Source: the human T2T-CHM13v2.0 reference genome, Homo sapiens
Reading direction: 5' to 3' (one strand)
DNA: 64,000 nt
Assembly (NCBI RefSeq): GCF_009914755.1
Contig: NC_060929.1
The notes beneath the pieces are model-generated. The model saw nothing but the letters and a program-made list of their open reading frames with translations. It ran no database searches and was not told the origin of the DNA. The position numbers and the translations under genes are program-made. Within the stretch, counting starts at the first letter, position 1, and every line of letters begins with the position of its first letter. Below, piece after piece: positions 27,903 to 43,272 of this stretch.

Positions 27903-28195
27903 TTTCTTGAGCCAGGGTCTCACTCTGTCAGCCAGGTAGGAGGGCAGTGGTTCCATCTCAGCTCACTATAATCTCCACTTCTGGAGCTCAAGAGATCCTC
28001 CTACCTCAGCCTCTGGAGTAGCTGAAACAGCAGGCACCAACCACCACATTTAGCTTTTTTTTTTTCCATTTTAATTGTAGAGGGGAAGTTTTGTCATGTT
28101 GCCCAGGCTGGTCTGGAACTCCTGAGTTCAAGTGATCCACCAACCCTGGTCTCCCAAAATGCTCTCTGATCATAGAAATAAGCCATTGTGCCCCA
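27903..28195 (-). mobile_element. Alu (old), paralog of 12538
   Basis: GAGCCAGGGTCTCACTCTGTC...GTTGCCCAGGCTGGTCTGGAACTCCTG. Confidence 0.8.
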
Positions 28196-28399
28196 TCTGA
28201 GATACAAATATGATTGGATGACATTATTAATCAGGCTGCTGCCTTCATCTGGGTGAGACTAATGTAAGATGTAAGAAAGATGTTAAGTCATGGATAAGTC
28301 CAGGAGGGGCTGAGATACTGAAGCTCCAGCGTACAGAGGGCTCTGTCATAGAAAGACTGGAACCAGTACTTTTTCCTCTAAGATCAGGCCTTTCTTTCT

Positions 28400-28745
28400 A
28401 GGCTGCAGCCCAGAGGAAGATGACTTTGCTTTGTAGTAGGTGTTTGGGAAGTGGCCACTGGGCTGTCCCCTGAGAAAGGTCTCCCTCCAATGCTTGGGCT
28501 GCAGTGGGGCATGTCTCCCCACATCTCAAACATAAGCAGGACCTCTCCTACCACTTCGCTAACCAAGACCTGTATCATTCCAGCCATAGCCACGGCTATG
28601 ACCACATTCTAGGACGCTCAGCTGCTGCTGATGGACTGCATCGGACTTCTAACAGGTGCCTCTCTCCCTTTCCCACCCACAAACAGACCCACACTGGTTT
28701 TTGCCTCCCATAATGTGAAATGACTTGTGTATAGAGACTCTATTC
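28400..28745 (-). pseudogene. Internally deleted TAF11-like remnant
   Basis: ORF 28384-28605 reads IAVAMAGMIQVLVSEVVGEVLLMFEMWGDMP. Confidence 0.85.
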
Positions 28746-29236
28746 ACATTTTAGAAAGTAGGGTGTAATGTATGTTCATAGCAAATACACACACAGGAAC
28801 AGCCCAGGAGACAGGGAACATTGAGAACACGGAGCTGCATATAGGAAAAGTCAAAGTGTGGATCGCATCTGCTGTTTGATGGAGGAGACATTATCTATTT
28901 GCCACCAATAAGAAATTTATTTGGTTTTCAATAACATTAATGAACAAATTTTTTCACAATTGTTCTTGATTTGAACTGTTGAAAGGCGTTCAGTGAGAAA
29001 TTTCCGGTTGACATGAATGCATTAGACTCTCAATGTAGATGGAAGGTTTACAAACAAAAGAAAACAGAAACAGGCATACCCGTTATATCTGCCTGTGTTG
29101 TTACTCCTAATCATGTGCAGGGCTGCTTTTGGACCCCGTGAAGGACATAAAAGCAAAAGTGAAGAGAACTGCTAATATCAGAACTATGATTAACACAGAG
29201 AAATTGAAAAACACAACCAAACGGAAACAAAGCCGT

Positions 29237-29679
29237 CTAGAGCGCAGCGTTTCCCAGGAGCGTGGGCTCCTCAGCACCCTCTCCGCGGAGGTGGCGGGAC
29301 AGCTGCATGTCTCTGGGCATGATTGTGACATGCCAGGGATGGATAACACATGGGTTGTTGTCTTTAAATAGGGGGACCAGGTAGGCCTCGCTGTTCTCCT
29401 GAAGTCGCCAGTGGCCGCACATTGGAAGCGCAGGTCTGGGTTGATGGCCTGGGTGATCTCACGCATTAGGCATTGGAAGGTCAGCTTGTGCAGAAGCAGC
29501 TGCGTGGACTTATGGTACTTCCTGATTTTGTGCAGTGCCAGGGTGCCAAGCCTGTGGCGGTGAGGCTTCTTGATCCCTCGTGTAGCCAGGACCCTCTTGC
29601 CAGCAGCTTTGGTGGCCAACAGCTTCCTGGGGGCCTGCCAGGCGGTGGCTTTGAGGTCAGTCTGCTTAATGCGAGCCAT
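29237..29679 (-). pseudogene. Full-length H3.X/Y-like copy with 1-bp frameshift
   Basis: [19 protein letters not shown]...[14 protein letters not shown], then a frame shift near 29405. The other frame gives [15 protein letters not shown]...[15 protein letters not shown]. Length is 443 bp versus 444 in H3Y2. Confidence 0.92.
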
Positions 29680-30008
29680 GGTGTAGGGCTGTGGCCTTTC
29701 CCTTGTCACTGGGCTGAGCCTGCTGAACTGGAAGCAGTGCTGGTACCAGACAGCAATGGTGTTGGGGCTGTGGGCAGGATTCAGAGTCTGTGTGTTGGGA
29801 TCTATGCAGAAGGTGCTCCCATACACTTAGCCCCTTCCAACCCAGCCCCATACTTACCAGCTTACTGATCAGTGGGTCTGAGGTCCCTGTATTCAGTCTC
29901 CTTGAGTAGCCTTGGGATTCCTAGGTCTAAACACAGCAGTGGGGAATCTTTCTCCCAGGCAGTCTTACTCTAGCTGGAGATCTCTGTGATCTCAGCCAAA
30001 TTCAGTCA

Positions 30009-30094
30009 TTTATAGGAGGCTTGGATGATTGGATTAGACCCACCCAGCTACCTTCCACTGCGTTCTGTGCTGCAGCAGATGCTTAACCTAATCA
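30009..30094 (-). promoter_or_regulatory. TATAAA + two perfect DUX4 motifs upstream of frameshifted H3.Y copy
   Basis: TTTATA at 30009-30014, TGATTGGATTA at 30026-30036 (rc TAATCCAATCA), TAACCTAATCA at 30084-30094. Confidence 0.75.
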
Positions 30095-30279
30095 GGGCTG
30101 TGAAAGCCCATTAAGTCCCTGCATTCTTCCTCACCCAAGAGAGGTACAGACCTCTGGATTGTGCATTGTGGGAGGGATGGTAAATGAGATCTGTCACTTA
30201 ACGTTTTGGGTGCCGAATGGATTCTGAAAGTTTACATTTTATTTACATCAAGGAAATAGTTACTTAAAGTTGCATGTTA

Positions 30280-30575
30280 GGCCAGGCATGGTGGCTCACG
30301 CCTGCAATCCCAGCACTTTGGGAGGCCGAGGTGGATGGATCATGAGGTCAACAGATTGAGACCATCCTGGCTTAACTCGGTGAAACCCCGTCTCTACTAA
30401 AAATACAAAAATTGACCAGGTGTGGTGGCATGCACCTGTAATCACAGCTACTCGAGGTTGAGGCAGGAGAATTGCTTGAACCTGGGGGGCAGAAGTTGCA
30501 GTGAGCCCAGATCACGCCACTGCACTCCAGCCTGGGTGACAAAGTGAGACTCCATCTCAAAAGAAAAACAAAAAC
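30280..30575 (+). mobile_element. Alu (AluS-type) with TSD
   Basis: GGCCAGGCATGGTGGCTCACGCCTG.... TSD AAGTTGCAYGTTA at 30267-30279 and 30576-30588. Confidence 0.93.
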
Positions 30576-30989
30576 AAGTTGCACGTTAGACAACCTACAT
30601 GTCTGTGGAAAAACACCAAGGCTTGAGATCATGAGGTCTTCATCAGATCCCATGAGGATGAAGTGAACTGGGAAGGGGAATATGGAAACCTGAAATGGCC
30701 ACTCCTCTATGAAGGATTCTCCTGGGGCATTTTTCTCTTCAAAGGTGATGCTCCTGCAAATCTGCTGGTAGCCTCCTGGGGAAGGCAAAGCTGTTGTGAG
30801 AAAACAGTGACATGTGACTGTCACTGATGCCCCCTTTGGCTTCTTTTCCACTTTGAATGTGGATTTGATGCCTGAACAGAGCTATCCTGTTGTTGCCCAG
30901 GATGAAAACACCATGAGGTCCTGAGAAGTCAGCCCCGACCTCTCTGAATTGCTGAACCGAGGTCACAGCTTAGCTAAGTAAATATTGAA

Positions 30990-32260
30990 CACATTTCATT
31001 ATTTGAATAGCTTTAGCAGTACCAAACTGTTTTGGGCACCATAGATGAATTGTACGGTGGCGAAGTCTATTTCAATTTACTCTTAATGAACTTTTGTGAT
31101 ACCTGTAATATAAATTATTGTTCAATTCAATGCAGATTTCATGCACAGAATGATAAATTTCATGATATCAATATTCCAAAACACATTCCTGTTAGCATTT
31201 TTTTAATTAGAGCTTAGTATTATTATTTTCTAGTTGTGTAGTTTTTTAAAAAAAATTATGTTTCATTAGCTTGTAAAAACCACTCATAAGTGGCTTCTGT
31301 TCCATACATGAATTGTATGGTGTTGAAGTCAAGAATTTTAGTGCGCTCATCACGTGACTACTACACCTACACTGCACCCAGTAGGCAGTTTTTCATCCCC
31401 CCATCACCCTGCCACTTCTGAGTCTCTAATGTCTGTGTTACCACTCTGTATGCCTTTCCTACCCACAGCTTAGCTCCCACTTCTAAGTGAGAATGTGCAC
31501 CATTTGGCTGTAGATTCCTGAATGACTCCACTGAGAATAATGGCCTGTAGTTTCATCCAAGTTGCTGTAAAAGACATGATTTCATTGCTTATGGCTGAGT
31601 AGTAGTCCATGGCATATATGAACTCCATTTAACTCTACTCACTCATCAGCTGGTGGGCACTTAGGTTTATTTTATATCTTTGCAATTGTGAATTGTGCTA
31701 GGATAAACATATGTGTGCTGGTCTGTTAGGTAGAGTGAGTTTTTTTCTTTTGTGTGTCTACCCACTACTTGGATTACTGGATCAAATGGGGGATGTACTT
31801 TGAGATATCTTCATGCTGTTTCCCACAGAGATTACACTAATTTGCATTCCCACAGCAGTGCCTAAGCATTCCCTCTCACCACATCCACTCCAGCATCTAT
31901 CGTTTTTGACTATTGAATAAGGGTCATTCTGGTGGGTAAGGTGATACCGCACTGTGGTTTTACTTTGCATTTCTCTGATGATTAGTGATGCAGGGCATCT
32001 TTTCCTCTGTTTTTTTTTTCTTTTTTTTTTGGAATTGTTGTATCTTCTTCCGAGAAATTTCTATGCACATCACTTGCCCACTTTATAGTGGGATTATATT
32101 TGTTTTTTCTTGTTTATTTGTTAGAATTGCTTGTAGATGCTGGATCTGTTAGTCCTTTGTCAGATGCATAGTTTGCAGATGGTTTGTCCCATGCCATAGG
32201 TTGTTTGTTTACTAAGAGGATTATTTCTTTTGTTGTCCAAAAGCGTTTTCTACTCAATAA
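30990..32260 (-). mobile_element. L1PB-like 3' end (interrupted)
   Basis: ATGAATTGTAYGGTG..GAAGTC motifs at about 31045 and 31308, TTAGCTCCCACTTCTAAGTGAGAATG. ORF2-like ORFs MQSKTTVRYHLT. Confidence 0.8.
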
Positions 32261-32728
32261 GAAATTTGATGATAACAAAATGAAAAACTCATGGTATCTG
32301 AATATGTAAGGCACTGTCAATTATGTATCCACATTCAGTATTTGTGTAATAATTAAAGAAGTAACAATACAAGAAACCATCCTGGAACTATACTGGATAG
32401 ACTTAGAGCCTCTAACACATTGCTTGGTTTTCTGACAGACCAAAACCATTAAGAAATTCCCAGCCTGGCTAATGTAAACAAAAATTCAGAGTAATACTTG
32501 AAAATATCAGATTTTTAAATTTCTAGAGTAGGAGAGTTCAACTTCACAAATACAGCATTTTCTCCAGGATACATAGCATGTACAAAAGTGTTCAATAAAT
32601 ATTTGTTGAAAAATAGCTTTTTGAGTCTGTTGTCTACAAAGGGGATGTCAGGGATCAAGAAAACAGCCATCTAATTAGTATGTTTCTTATTTTTAAGTTA
32701 ACAATTAGAGCCACATAATGGTTTTGGG

Positions 32729-34100
<1,372 letters not shown>

Positions 34101-34104
34101 TGGT

Positions 34105-34220
34105 AAAGATGGGTTTCACCATGTTGTCCAGGTTGGTCATGAACTCCTGACCTCAGGAGATCCACCCAACTCCGCCTCCCAAAATGCTGAGATTACAGGC
34201 ATGAGCCACCGTGCCTGGCC
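34105..34220 (-). mobile_element. Alu left-monomer fragment
   Basis: GGGTTTCACCATGTTG...GAGCCACCGTGCCTGGCC. Confidence 0.85.
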
Positions 34221-34442
34221 AATAATTTCATATCTTCTACCAACTATTTTTGAATAAACAAAGGCTCTTTAAAAGTCAGATATTTAAGTGTCTGCTTTAT
34301 CTTCTGAAGTAGTTTTTATGCCATTTATCAACATAATTTTCCCTAAATGTGATGTATATCTTTGTGCATGACATAATTTTATGTCTCTTTGGTGCTTCTC
34401 TGTGACCTATGTATACATACACATGTAATATATAAAATTGAA

Positions 34443-34762
34443 GTCTGGGAGCAGTGGCTCATGCCTGTAATCCCTTCACTTTGAGAAATCAAGGTGGGGC
34501 AGATCGTGTGAAGTCAGCAGTTCAAGATCAGCCGGGCCGGAATGGTGAAACCTCACATCTACTTGAAAAAATACAAAAACTAGCTCGGCTTGGTAGTGTG
34601 CAAATTTAGTCCTAGCTACTATGGAGGATGAGGCAGGAGAATTGTTTAGGCCAGGAGGCAGAGGCTGCAGTGAGCTGAGATCAGGCCACTGTAATCCAGC
34701 CTGGGGGACAGAGCAAGACTCTGTCTCAAAAATAAATAAATAAATGTATAAAATAAAATAAA
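34443..34762 (+). mobile_element. Alu at left edge of array (non-homogenised version)
   Basis: CpG-poor, and closer to the 14343 Alu than to the internal array Alus. Confidence 0.88.
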
Positions 34763-35105
34763 ATTGAAATCATATTTTCATATTCCAATCACCCAGCCCA
34801 GTTTATTTTCAGAGTGCCTGATAAATCACTTGTTTCCCTATGAGTTAGGGATTTTTTTCTCAGATACTTAAATTTTTTTCTCAGATATTTAAATTTTCTA
34901 ATGCGCAACATCGTAAAATGTCTCATTTTTACTGTAAATAGTTTCTTTATTGTTTCTTTATTGTTGTGAGGAATCATTCGATTCTGTGAAGAAGACTGAA
35001 TTCTGAAATGCCCCCTGCATTTCCCGCCCCTCAGAGAGTCGCCCTGTGTCTGCCCCTCCCTTGGGTGTGGGCGGAAGCACGAATTGATGTGCCCGCCCGA
35101 CTTCC

Positions 35106-35182
35106 TGATTAGATTAGGGGGTATCCTGAACCAACGGCTGCTAAGGGCTGGGTCTAATGCAGTCATCTGAGCCCTTTATAAG
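35106..35182 (+). promoter_or_regulatory. Array unit 1 promoter: perfect DUX4 motif, degenerate proximal motif, TATA
   Basis: TGATTAGATTA at 35106-35116 (rc TAATCTAATCA), TAATGCAGTCA at 35155-35165, TATAAG at 35177-35182. Confidence 0.75.
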
Positions 35183-35798
35183 GGAGGACTGAACCCCCCT
35201 GTGATTACGCTCCCCTGTGGGAGATTCCCCAGCACTGGCTGTGCACACCCAGGGAGCCTCACGGCCCAGACCTGGGCAGCACGGGTAGGAGCTGAGAGCA
35301 TCCTCACGGCAGCAGGCAGAACAAACAAGTGGGCCTGGGGCTCACAACCCTGAGGCATTGTTGAATTCTGCCACCAACTCGAATCGGATCGAAGCCAGAC
35401 CCTTCTCAGGTGGAGGCAACGACCGCACAGCCAGACCCATCCTGGAGGTCCCTCGTGGGACTCTGAGCAGGAGGCAGTCACTTGGCCTAGCAGAACTTCT
35501 GACCTGTGAGCTGGTGTTTGTTTTAAATACCCAAAATTGGTGAGAATTCGTTCTGCATTGACCTAAAACTAACATACTCTCCTTCCACAAGTTTCTTCAC
35601 ACTGTGGAAGCGAGAAAATTCAGTGTGTGTGTTTGTGTGTGGGAAGGGGCGGCCGGGAGCCGTGTCCGGTTACGGCGAAACTGGCTCAGCAGAAACACAG
35701 CAGCTAAAATCTTTGAAAGGTTCTCATCGCAGATCCACAATCAAACCACCCCAGCCGGAACTTCTGCCTGTACAGCTGCTGTCACGGAGCAGACTTGA

Positions 35799-36404
<606 letters not shown>

Positions 36405-37884
36405 GCCCAGGGCCAGAGGGCAGGGTCTGTTTGTGCAGGAATAAGTACCGCGTTCATCTTCCAATGACAGGAGTGTGTGCGCCGGAGCTCCCGCATCTCA
36501 GTCCCACCTGGATTTACCCACGATCTTCGTGTCTTAAAATGCGAAGTTGCCCTTACCTGGATGAAGACAGCAGATCGCTTCATAGGAGCCTTGGCTAAAT
36601 CTTTGGGCATTTTAATGGGATGTGGAGGCGTTTCTCTATGTCTTTCCAGCTGGAGGAATCAAGGTGCCTGGGCCTAGAGCATCCTGTGGACAGGCAGCTG
36701 CATTCAGAGAGGGAAGCCCTTCCCAGGAGATCTGTATGGTTTCCTGCTGAAGCCTGGTGTAGCTCTGTCTTAGCTTGTAGGCTTATGTCTGGGTTCCAGT
36801 AATTGGAGCTTGCAGAAATGTTTCCCCGATTGTTGTTCTTCTGTAGAATTTCAACGCTCATATGTATTTTTGTGAGTCACCACGAAAACAGTTAAACTGA
36901 TCAACCGTTTTCCAAACTGCAGACACCAAAATGAAATCACAAAGCACTTTCTTTTTTTCCCCTAAGTTGACTCTTCTATTCCTGCCTGCTGTGCTTTATG
37001 TCAGCAAGTGACCCTTTCCTGTATTATAATGCAGTATAGTATAGATGCATCATGTAAGACCAGAGAGAAACCGATTCCAAAACCACCTTTCCTCAAGCCG
37101 CCGTTTGTAACGACCATATGGGCGGTTTGAAGGACACAGAGAGAGCCTACTGACACTTCACTTTCGCTACACGTGGTGATTTTTCCAGTGCTTCCGGAGA
37201 CACTGAAATTTAGTTCCAAACATTGCCTTAGAGGATTCTTGATTTTATTCATTCTACCGATGATCCACTCAGAAAATCAAACCTGAGTACGGAGACATTG
37301 GAGAAGTCGTTAAAGTGTTGGACCAAGTCGGTTCGTCACGAGTGACAAGGTTATTCCACACTCTACTTGTACATACTCTGCTTTGCCTTCATGATGGCAA
37401 AGAGTAATTTTTCGCTATAGAGTAAAAACCCGAGATTTATTACGGAATCAGCGTGAACCTTCCCAGCACAGCTCACAGAGCATACGCCAAAAATTACAGT
37501 GTGATTCAGTTTCAAAAATTGTCTGTAGTGACCTGTGAATTCACAGCTCGTGAGGACATTCTTTAGTTCGGCTGAAGCCAAAAAACCTGGAACCATCGAA
37601 ATGGGAAGAAGTGGAGTCTGCCAAATTCTGCCTCTTACACTTTCAGCTACCACGCCATGTTCAACTATTGTACTTGATAAGGATTGGAAACTTAAGGTAC
37701 TGATAATTTCAACAGAGTTTCACCAGAGTAGTATTTCTTGTGAGAAAGCCATGATCTCATCAGTAACGCCTTTCTAAAAGATCCAACAGAAAATATGAAC
37801 TAGCAACTCATCCTGACAAGGAAGTAAAACTCAGGAAAAATCCTAAGGCAGAGCAGCGTCAGGCTTCAGTGTGAAACTATCATA

Positions 37885-38225
37885 GTCTGGGCGCGGTGGC
37901 TCACGCCTATAGTCCCTTCACTTTGGGAAGCCAAGGTGGGGCAGATCACCTGAAGTCAGCAGTTCAAGACCAGCCTGGCCAAAATGGCGAGACCTCGTCT
38001 CTACTTGAGCAAATACAAAAATTTGCCCGGCGTGGTAGCGCGCACATTTAGTCCCAGCCACTCTGGAGGCTGAGGCAGGAGAATCCGTTGAGCCTAGGAT
38101 GCCGAGGCTGCAGTGGGCTGAGATGAGGCCGCTGTAATCCAGCCTGGGGGACAGAGCGAGGCACTGTCTCAGAAATAAACAAATAAAATAAAATAAACTA
38201 AAATAAAGTGACGTAAAATAAAATT
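37885..38225 (+). mobile_element. Alu in each array unit (also at about 41319, 44753, 48187, 51621, 55055, 58489, 61923)
   Basis: GGGCGCGGTGGCTCACGCCT...CCAGCCTGGGGGACAGAGCGAG with an (AATAA)n tail. Confidence 0.92.
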
Positions 38226-38539
38226 GAAATAATATTTTCACGTTTCCCTCACCCAGCCCATTTTATTTTCAGAGTATTTGATAAACCGCTTTCTTCCCTG
38301 TGCGTTAGAGAGTTTTTTTTCTCAGACATCGAAGTTTTCTAATGCTCAACTTCGTAAAATGTCTCATTTTTACTGTAAATAGTTTCTTTACTGTTGTGAG
38401 ATGTGAACTTTGCGATTCTGTGAAGAGGACTGAATTCTGAAATGCCCCCTGCATTTCCCGCCCCTCAGAGAGTCGCCCTGTGTCTGCCCCTCCCTTGGGT
38501 GTGGGCGGAAGCACGAATTGATGTGCCCGCCCGACTTCC

Positions 38540-38616
38540 TGATTAGATTAGGGGGTATCCTGAACCAACGGCTGCTAAGGGCTGGGTCTAATCCAGTCAT
38601 CTGAGCCCTGTATAAG
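38540..38616 (+). promoter_or_regulatory. Array unit 2 promoter: perfect DUX4 motif + TATA
   Basis: TGATTAGATTA at 38540-38550, TAATCCAGTCA at 38589-38599, then GTATAAG. Confidence 0.7.
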
Positions 38617-39232
38617 GGAGGACTGAACCCCCCTGTGATTACGCTCCCCTGTGGGAGATTCCCCAGCACTGGCTGTGCACACCCAGGGAGCCTCACGGCC
38701 CAGACCTGGGCAGCACGGGTAGGAGCTGAGAGCATCCTCACGGCAGCAGGCAGAACAAACAAGTGGGCCTGGGGCTCGCAACCCTGAGGCATTGTTGAAT
38801 TCTGCCACCAACTCGAATCGGATCGAAGCCAGACCCTTCTCAGGTGGAGGCAACGACCGCACAGCCAGACCCATCCTGGAGGTCCCTCGTGGGACTCTGA
38901 GCAGGAGGCAGTCACTTGGCCTAGCAGAACTTCTGACCTGTGAGCTGGTGTTTGTTTTAAATACCCAAAATTGGTGAGAATTCGTTCTGCATTGACCTAA
39001 AACTAACATACTCTCCTTCCACAAGTTTCTTCACACTGTGGAAGCGAGAAAATTCAGTGTGTGTGTTTGTGTGTGGGAAGGGGCGGCCGGGAGCCGTGTC
39101 CGGTTACGGCGAAACTGGCTCAGCAGAAACACAGCAGCTAAAATCTTTGAAAGGTTCTCATCGCAGATCCACAATCAAACCACCCCAGCCGGAACTTCTG
39201 CCTGTACAGCTGCTGTCACGGAGCAGACTTGA

Positions 39233-39838
<606 letters not shown>

Positions 39839-42666
39839 GCCCAGGGCCAGAGGGCAGGGTCTGTTTGTGCAGGAATAAGTACCGCGTTCATCTTCCAATG
39901 ACAGGAGTGTGTGCGCCGGAGCTCCCGCATCTCAGTCCCACCTGGATTTACCCACGATCTTCGTGTCTTAAAATGCGAAGTTGCCCTTACCTGGATGAAG
40001 ACAGCAGATCGCTTCATAGGAGCCTTGGCTAAATCTTTGGGCATTTTAATGGGATGTGGAGGCGTTTCTCTATGTCTTTCCAGCTGGAGGAATCAAGGTG
40101 CCTGGGCCTAGAGCATCCTGTGGACAGGCAGCTGCATTCAGAGAGGGAAGCCCTTCCCAGGAGATCTGTATGGTTTCCTGCTGAAGCCTGGTGTAGCTCT
40201 GTCTTAGCTTGTAGGCTTATGTCTGGGTTCCAGTAATTGGAGCTTGCAGAAATGTTTCCCCGATTGTTGTTCTTCTGTAGAATTTCAACGCTCATATGTA
40301 TTTTTGTGAGTCACCACGAAAACAGTTAAACTGATCAACCGTTTTCCAAACTGCAGACACCAAAATGAAATCACAAAGCACTTTCTTTTTTTCCCCTAAG
40401 TTGACTCTTCTATTCCTGCCTGCTGTGCTTTATGTCAGCAAGTGACCCTTTCCTGTATTATAATGCAGTATAGTATAGATGCATCATGTAAGACCAGAGA
40501 GAAACCGATTCCAAAACCACCTTTCCTCAAGCTGCCGTTTGTAACGACCATATGGGCGGTTTGAAGGACAGAGAGAGAGCCTACTGACACTTCACTTTCG
40601 CTACACGTGGTGATTTTTCCAGTGCTTCCGGAGACACTGAAATTTAGTTCCAAACATTGCCTTAGAGGATTCTTGATTTTATTCATTCTACCGATGATCC
40701 ACTCAGAAAATCAAACCTGAGTACGGAGACATTGGAGAAGTCGTTAAAGTGTTGGACCAAGTCGGTTCGTCACGAGTGACAAGGTTATTCCACACTCTAC
40801 TTGTACATACTCTGCTTTGCCTTCATGATGGCAAAGAGTAATTTTTCGCTATAGAGTAAAAACCCGAGATTTATTACGGAATCAGCGTGAACCTTCCCAG
40901 CACAGCTCACAGAGCATACGCCAAAAATTACAGTGTGATTCAGTTTCAAAAATTGTCTGTAGTGACCTGTGAATTCACAGCTCGTGAGGACATTCTTTAG
41001 TTCGGCTGAAGCCAAAAAACCTGGAACCATCGAAATGGGAAGAAGTGGAGTCTGCCAAATTCTGCCTCTTACACTTTCAGCTACCACGCCATGTTCAACT
41101 ATTGTACTTGATAAGGATTGGAAACTTAAGGTACTGATAATTTCAACAGAGTTTCACCAGAGTAGTATTTCTTGTGAGAAAGCCATGATCTCATCAGTAA
41201 CGCCTTTCTAAAAGATCCAACAGAAAATATGAACTAGCAACTCATCCTGACAAGGAAGTAAAACTCAGGAAAAATCCTAAGGCAGAGCAGCGTCAGGCTT
41301 CAGTGTGAAACTATCATAGTCTGGGCGCGGTGGCTCACGCCTATAGTCCCTTCACTTTGGGAAGCCAAGGTGGGGCAGATCACCTGAAGTCAGCAGTTCA
41401 AGACCAGCCTGGCCAAAATGGCGAGACCTCGTCTCTACTTGAGGAAATACAAAAATTTGCCCGGCGTGGTAGCGCGCACATTTAGTCCCAGCCACTCTGG
41501 AGGCTGAGGCAGGAGAATCCGTTGAGCCTAGGATGCCGAGGCTGCAGTGGGCTGAGATGAGGCCGCTGTAATCCAGCCTGGGGGACAGAGCGAGGCACTG
41601 TCTCAGAAATAAACAAATAAAATAAAATAAACTAAAATAAAGTGACGTAAAATAAAATTGAAATAATATTTTCACGTTTCCCTCACCCAGCCCATTTTAT
41701 TTTCAGAGTATTTGATAAACCGCTTTCTTCCCTGTGCGTTAGAGAGTTTTTTTTCTCAGACATCGAAGTTTTCTAATGCTCAACTTCGTAAAATGTCTCA
41801 TTTTTACTGTAAATAGTTTCTTTACTGTTGTGAGATGTGAACTTTGCGATTCTGTGAAGAGGACTGAATTCTGAAATGCCCCCTGCATTTCCCGCCCCTC
41901 AGAGAGTCGCCCTGTGTCTGCCCCTCCCTTGGGTGTGGGCGGAAGCACGAATTGATGTGCCCGCCCGACTTCCTCATTAGATTGGGGGGTATCCTGAACC
42001 AACGGCTGCTAAGGGCTGGGTCTAATGCAGTCATCTGAGCCCTGTATAAGGGAGGACTGAACCCCCCTGTGATTACGCTCCCCTGTGGGAGATTCCCCAG
42101 CACTGGCTGTGCACACCCAGGGAGCCTCACGGCCCAGACCTGGGCAGCACGGGTAGGAGCTGAGAGCATCCTCACGGCAGCAGGCAGAACAAACAAGTGG
42201 GCCTGGGGCTCGCAACCCTGAGGCATTGTTGAATTCTGCCACCAACTCGAATCGGATCGAAGCCAGACCCTTCTCAGGTGGAGGCAACGACCGCACAGCC
42301 AGACCCATCCTGGAGGTCCCTCGTGGGACTCTGAGCAGGAGGCAGTCACTTGGCCTAGCAGAACTTCTGACCTGTGAGCTGGTGTTTGTTTTAAATACCC
42401 CAAATTGGTGAGAATTCGTTCTGTATTGACCTAAAACTAACATACTCTCCTTCCACAAGTTTCTTCACACTGTGGAAGCGAGAAAATTCAGTGTGTGTGT
42501 TTGTGTGTGGGAAGGGGCGGCCGGGAGCCGTGTCCGGTTACGGCGAAACTGGCTCAGCAGAAACACAGCAGCTAAAATCTTTGAAAGGTTCTCATCGCAG
42601 ATCCACAATCAAACCACCCCAGCCGGAACTTCTGCCTGTACAGCTGCTGTCACGGAGCAGACTTGA

Positions 42667-43272
<606 letters not shown>

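Larger units (their letters stand above)
20330..29230. repeat. Two further diverged copies (about 20330-24780 and 24870-29230) of the module at about 9700-13970
   Basis: Same order each time: L1M, unique spacer, old Alu, TAF11 remnant, H3.Y 3' flank. Confidence 0.8.

Noticed and set aside
37169-37176. CACGTG E-box in each array unit
   Set aside because: A single hexamer far from the promoter, explicable by the general CpG gain.
41352-42458. Recurring 100-190 aa minus-strand ORFs in array units
   Set aside because: Alu-derived or promoter-antisense ORFs. They recur only because the unit is repeated, and some open and close with single SNVs.
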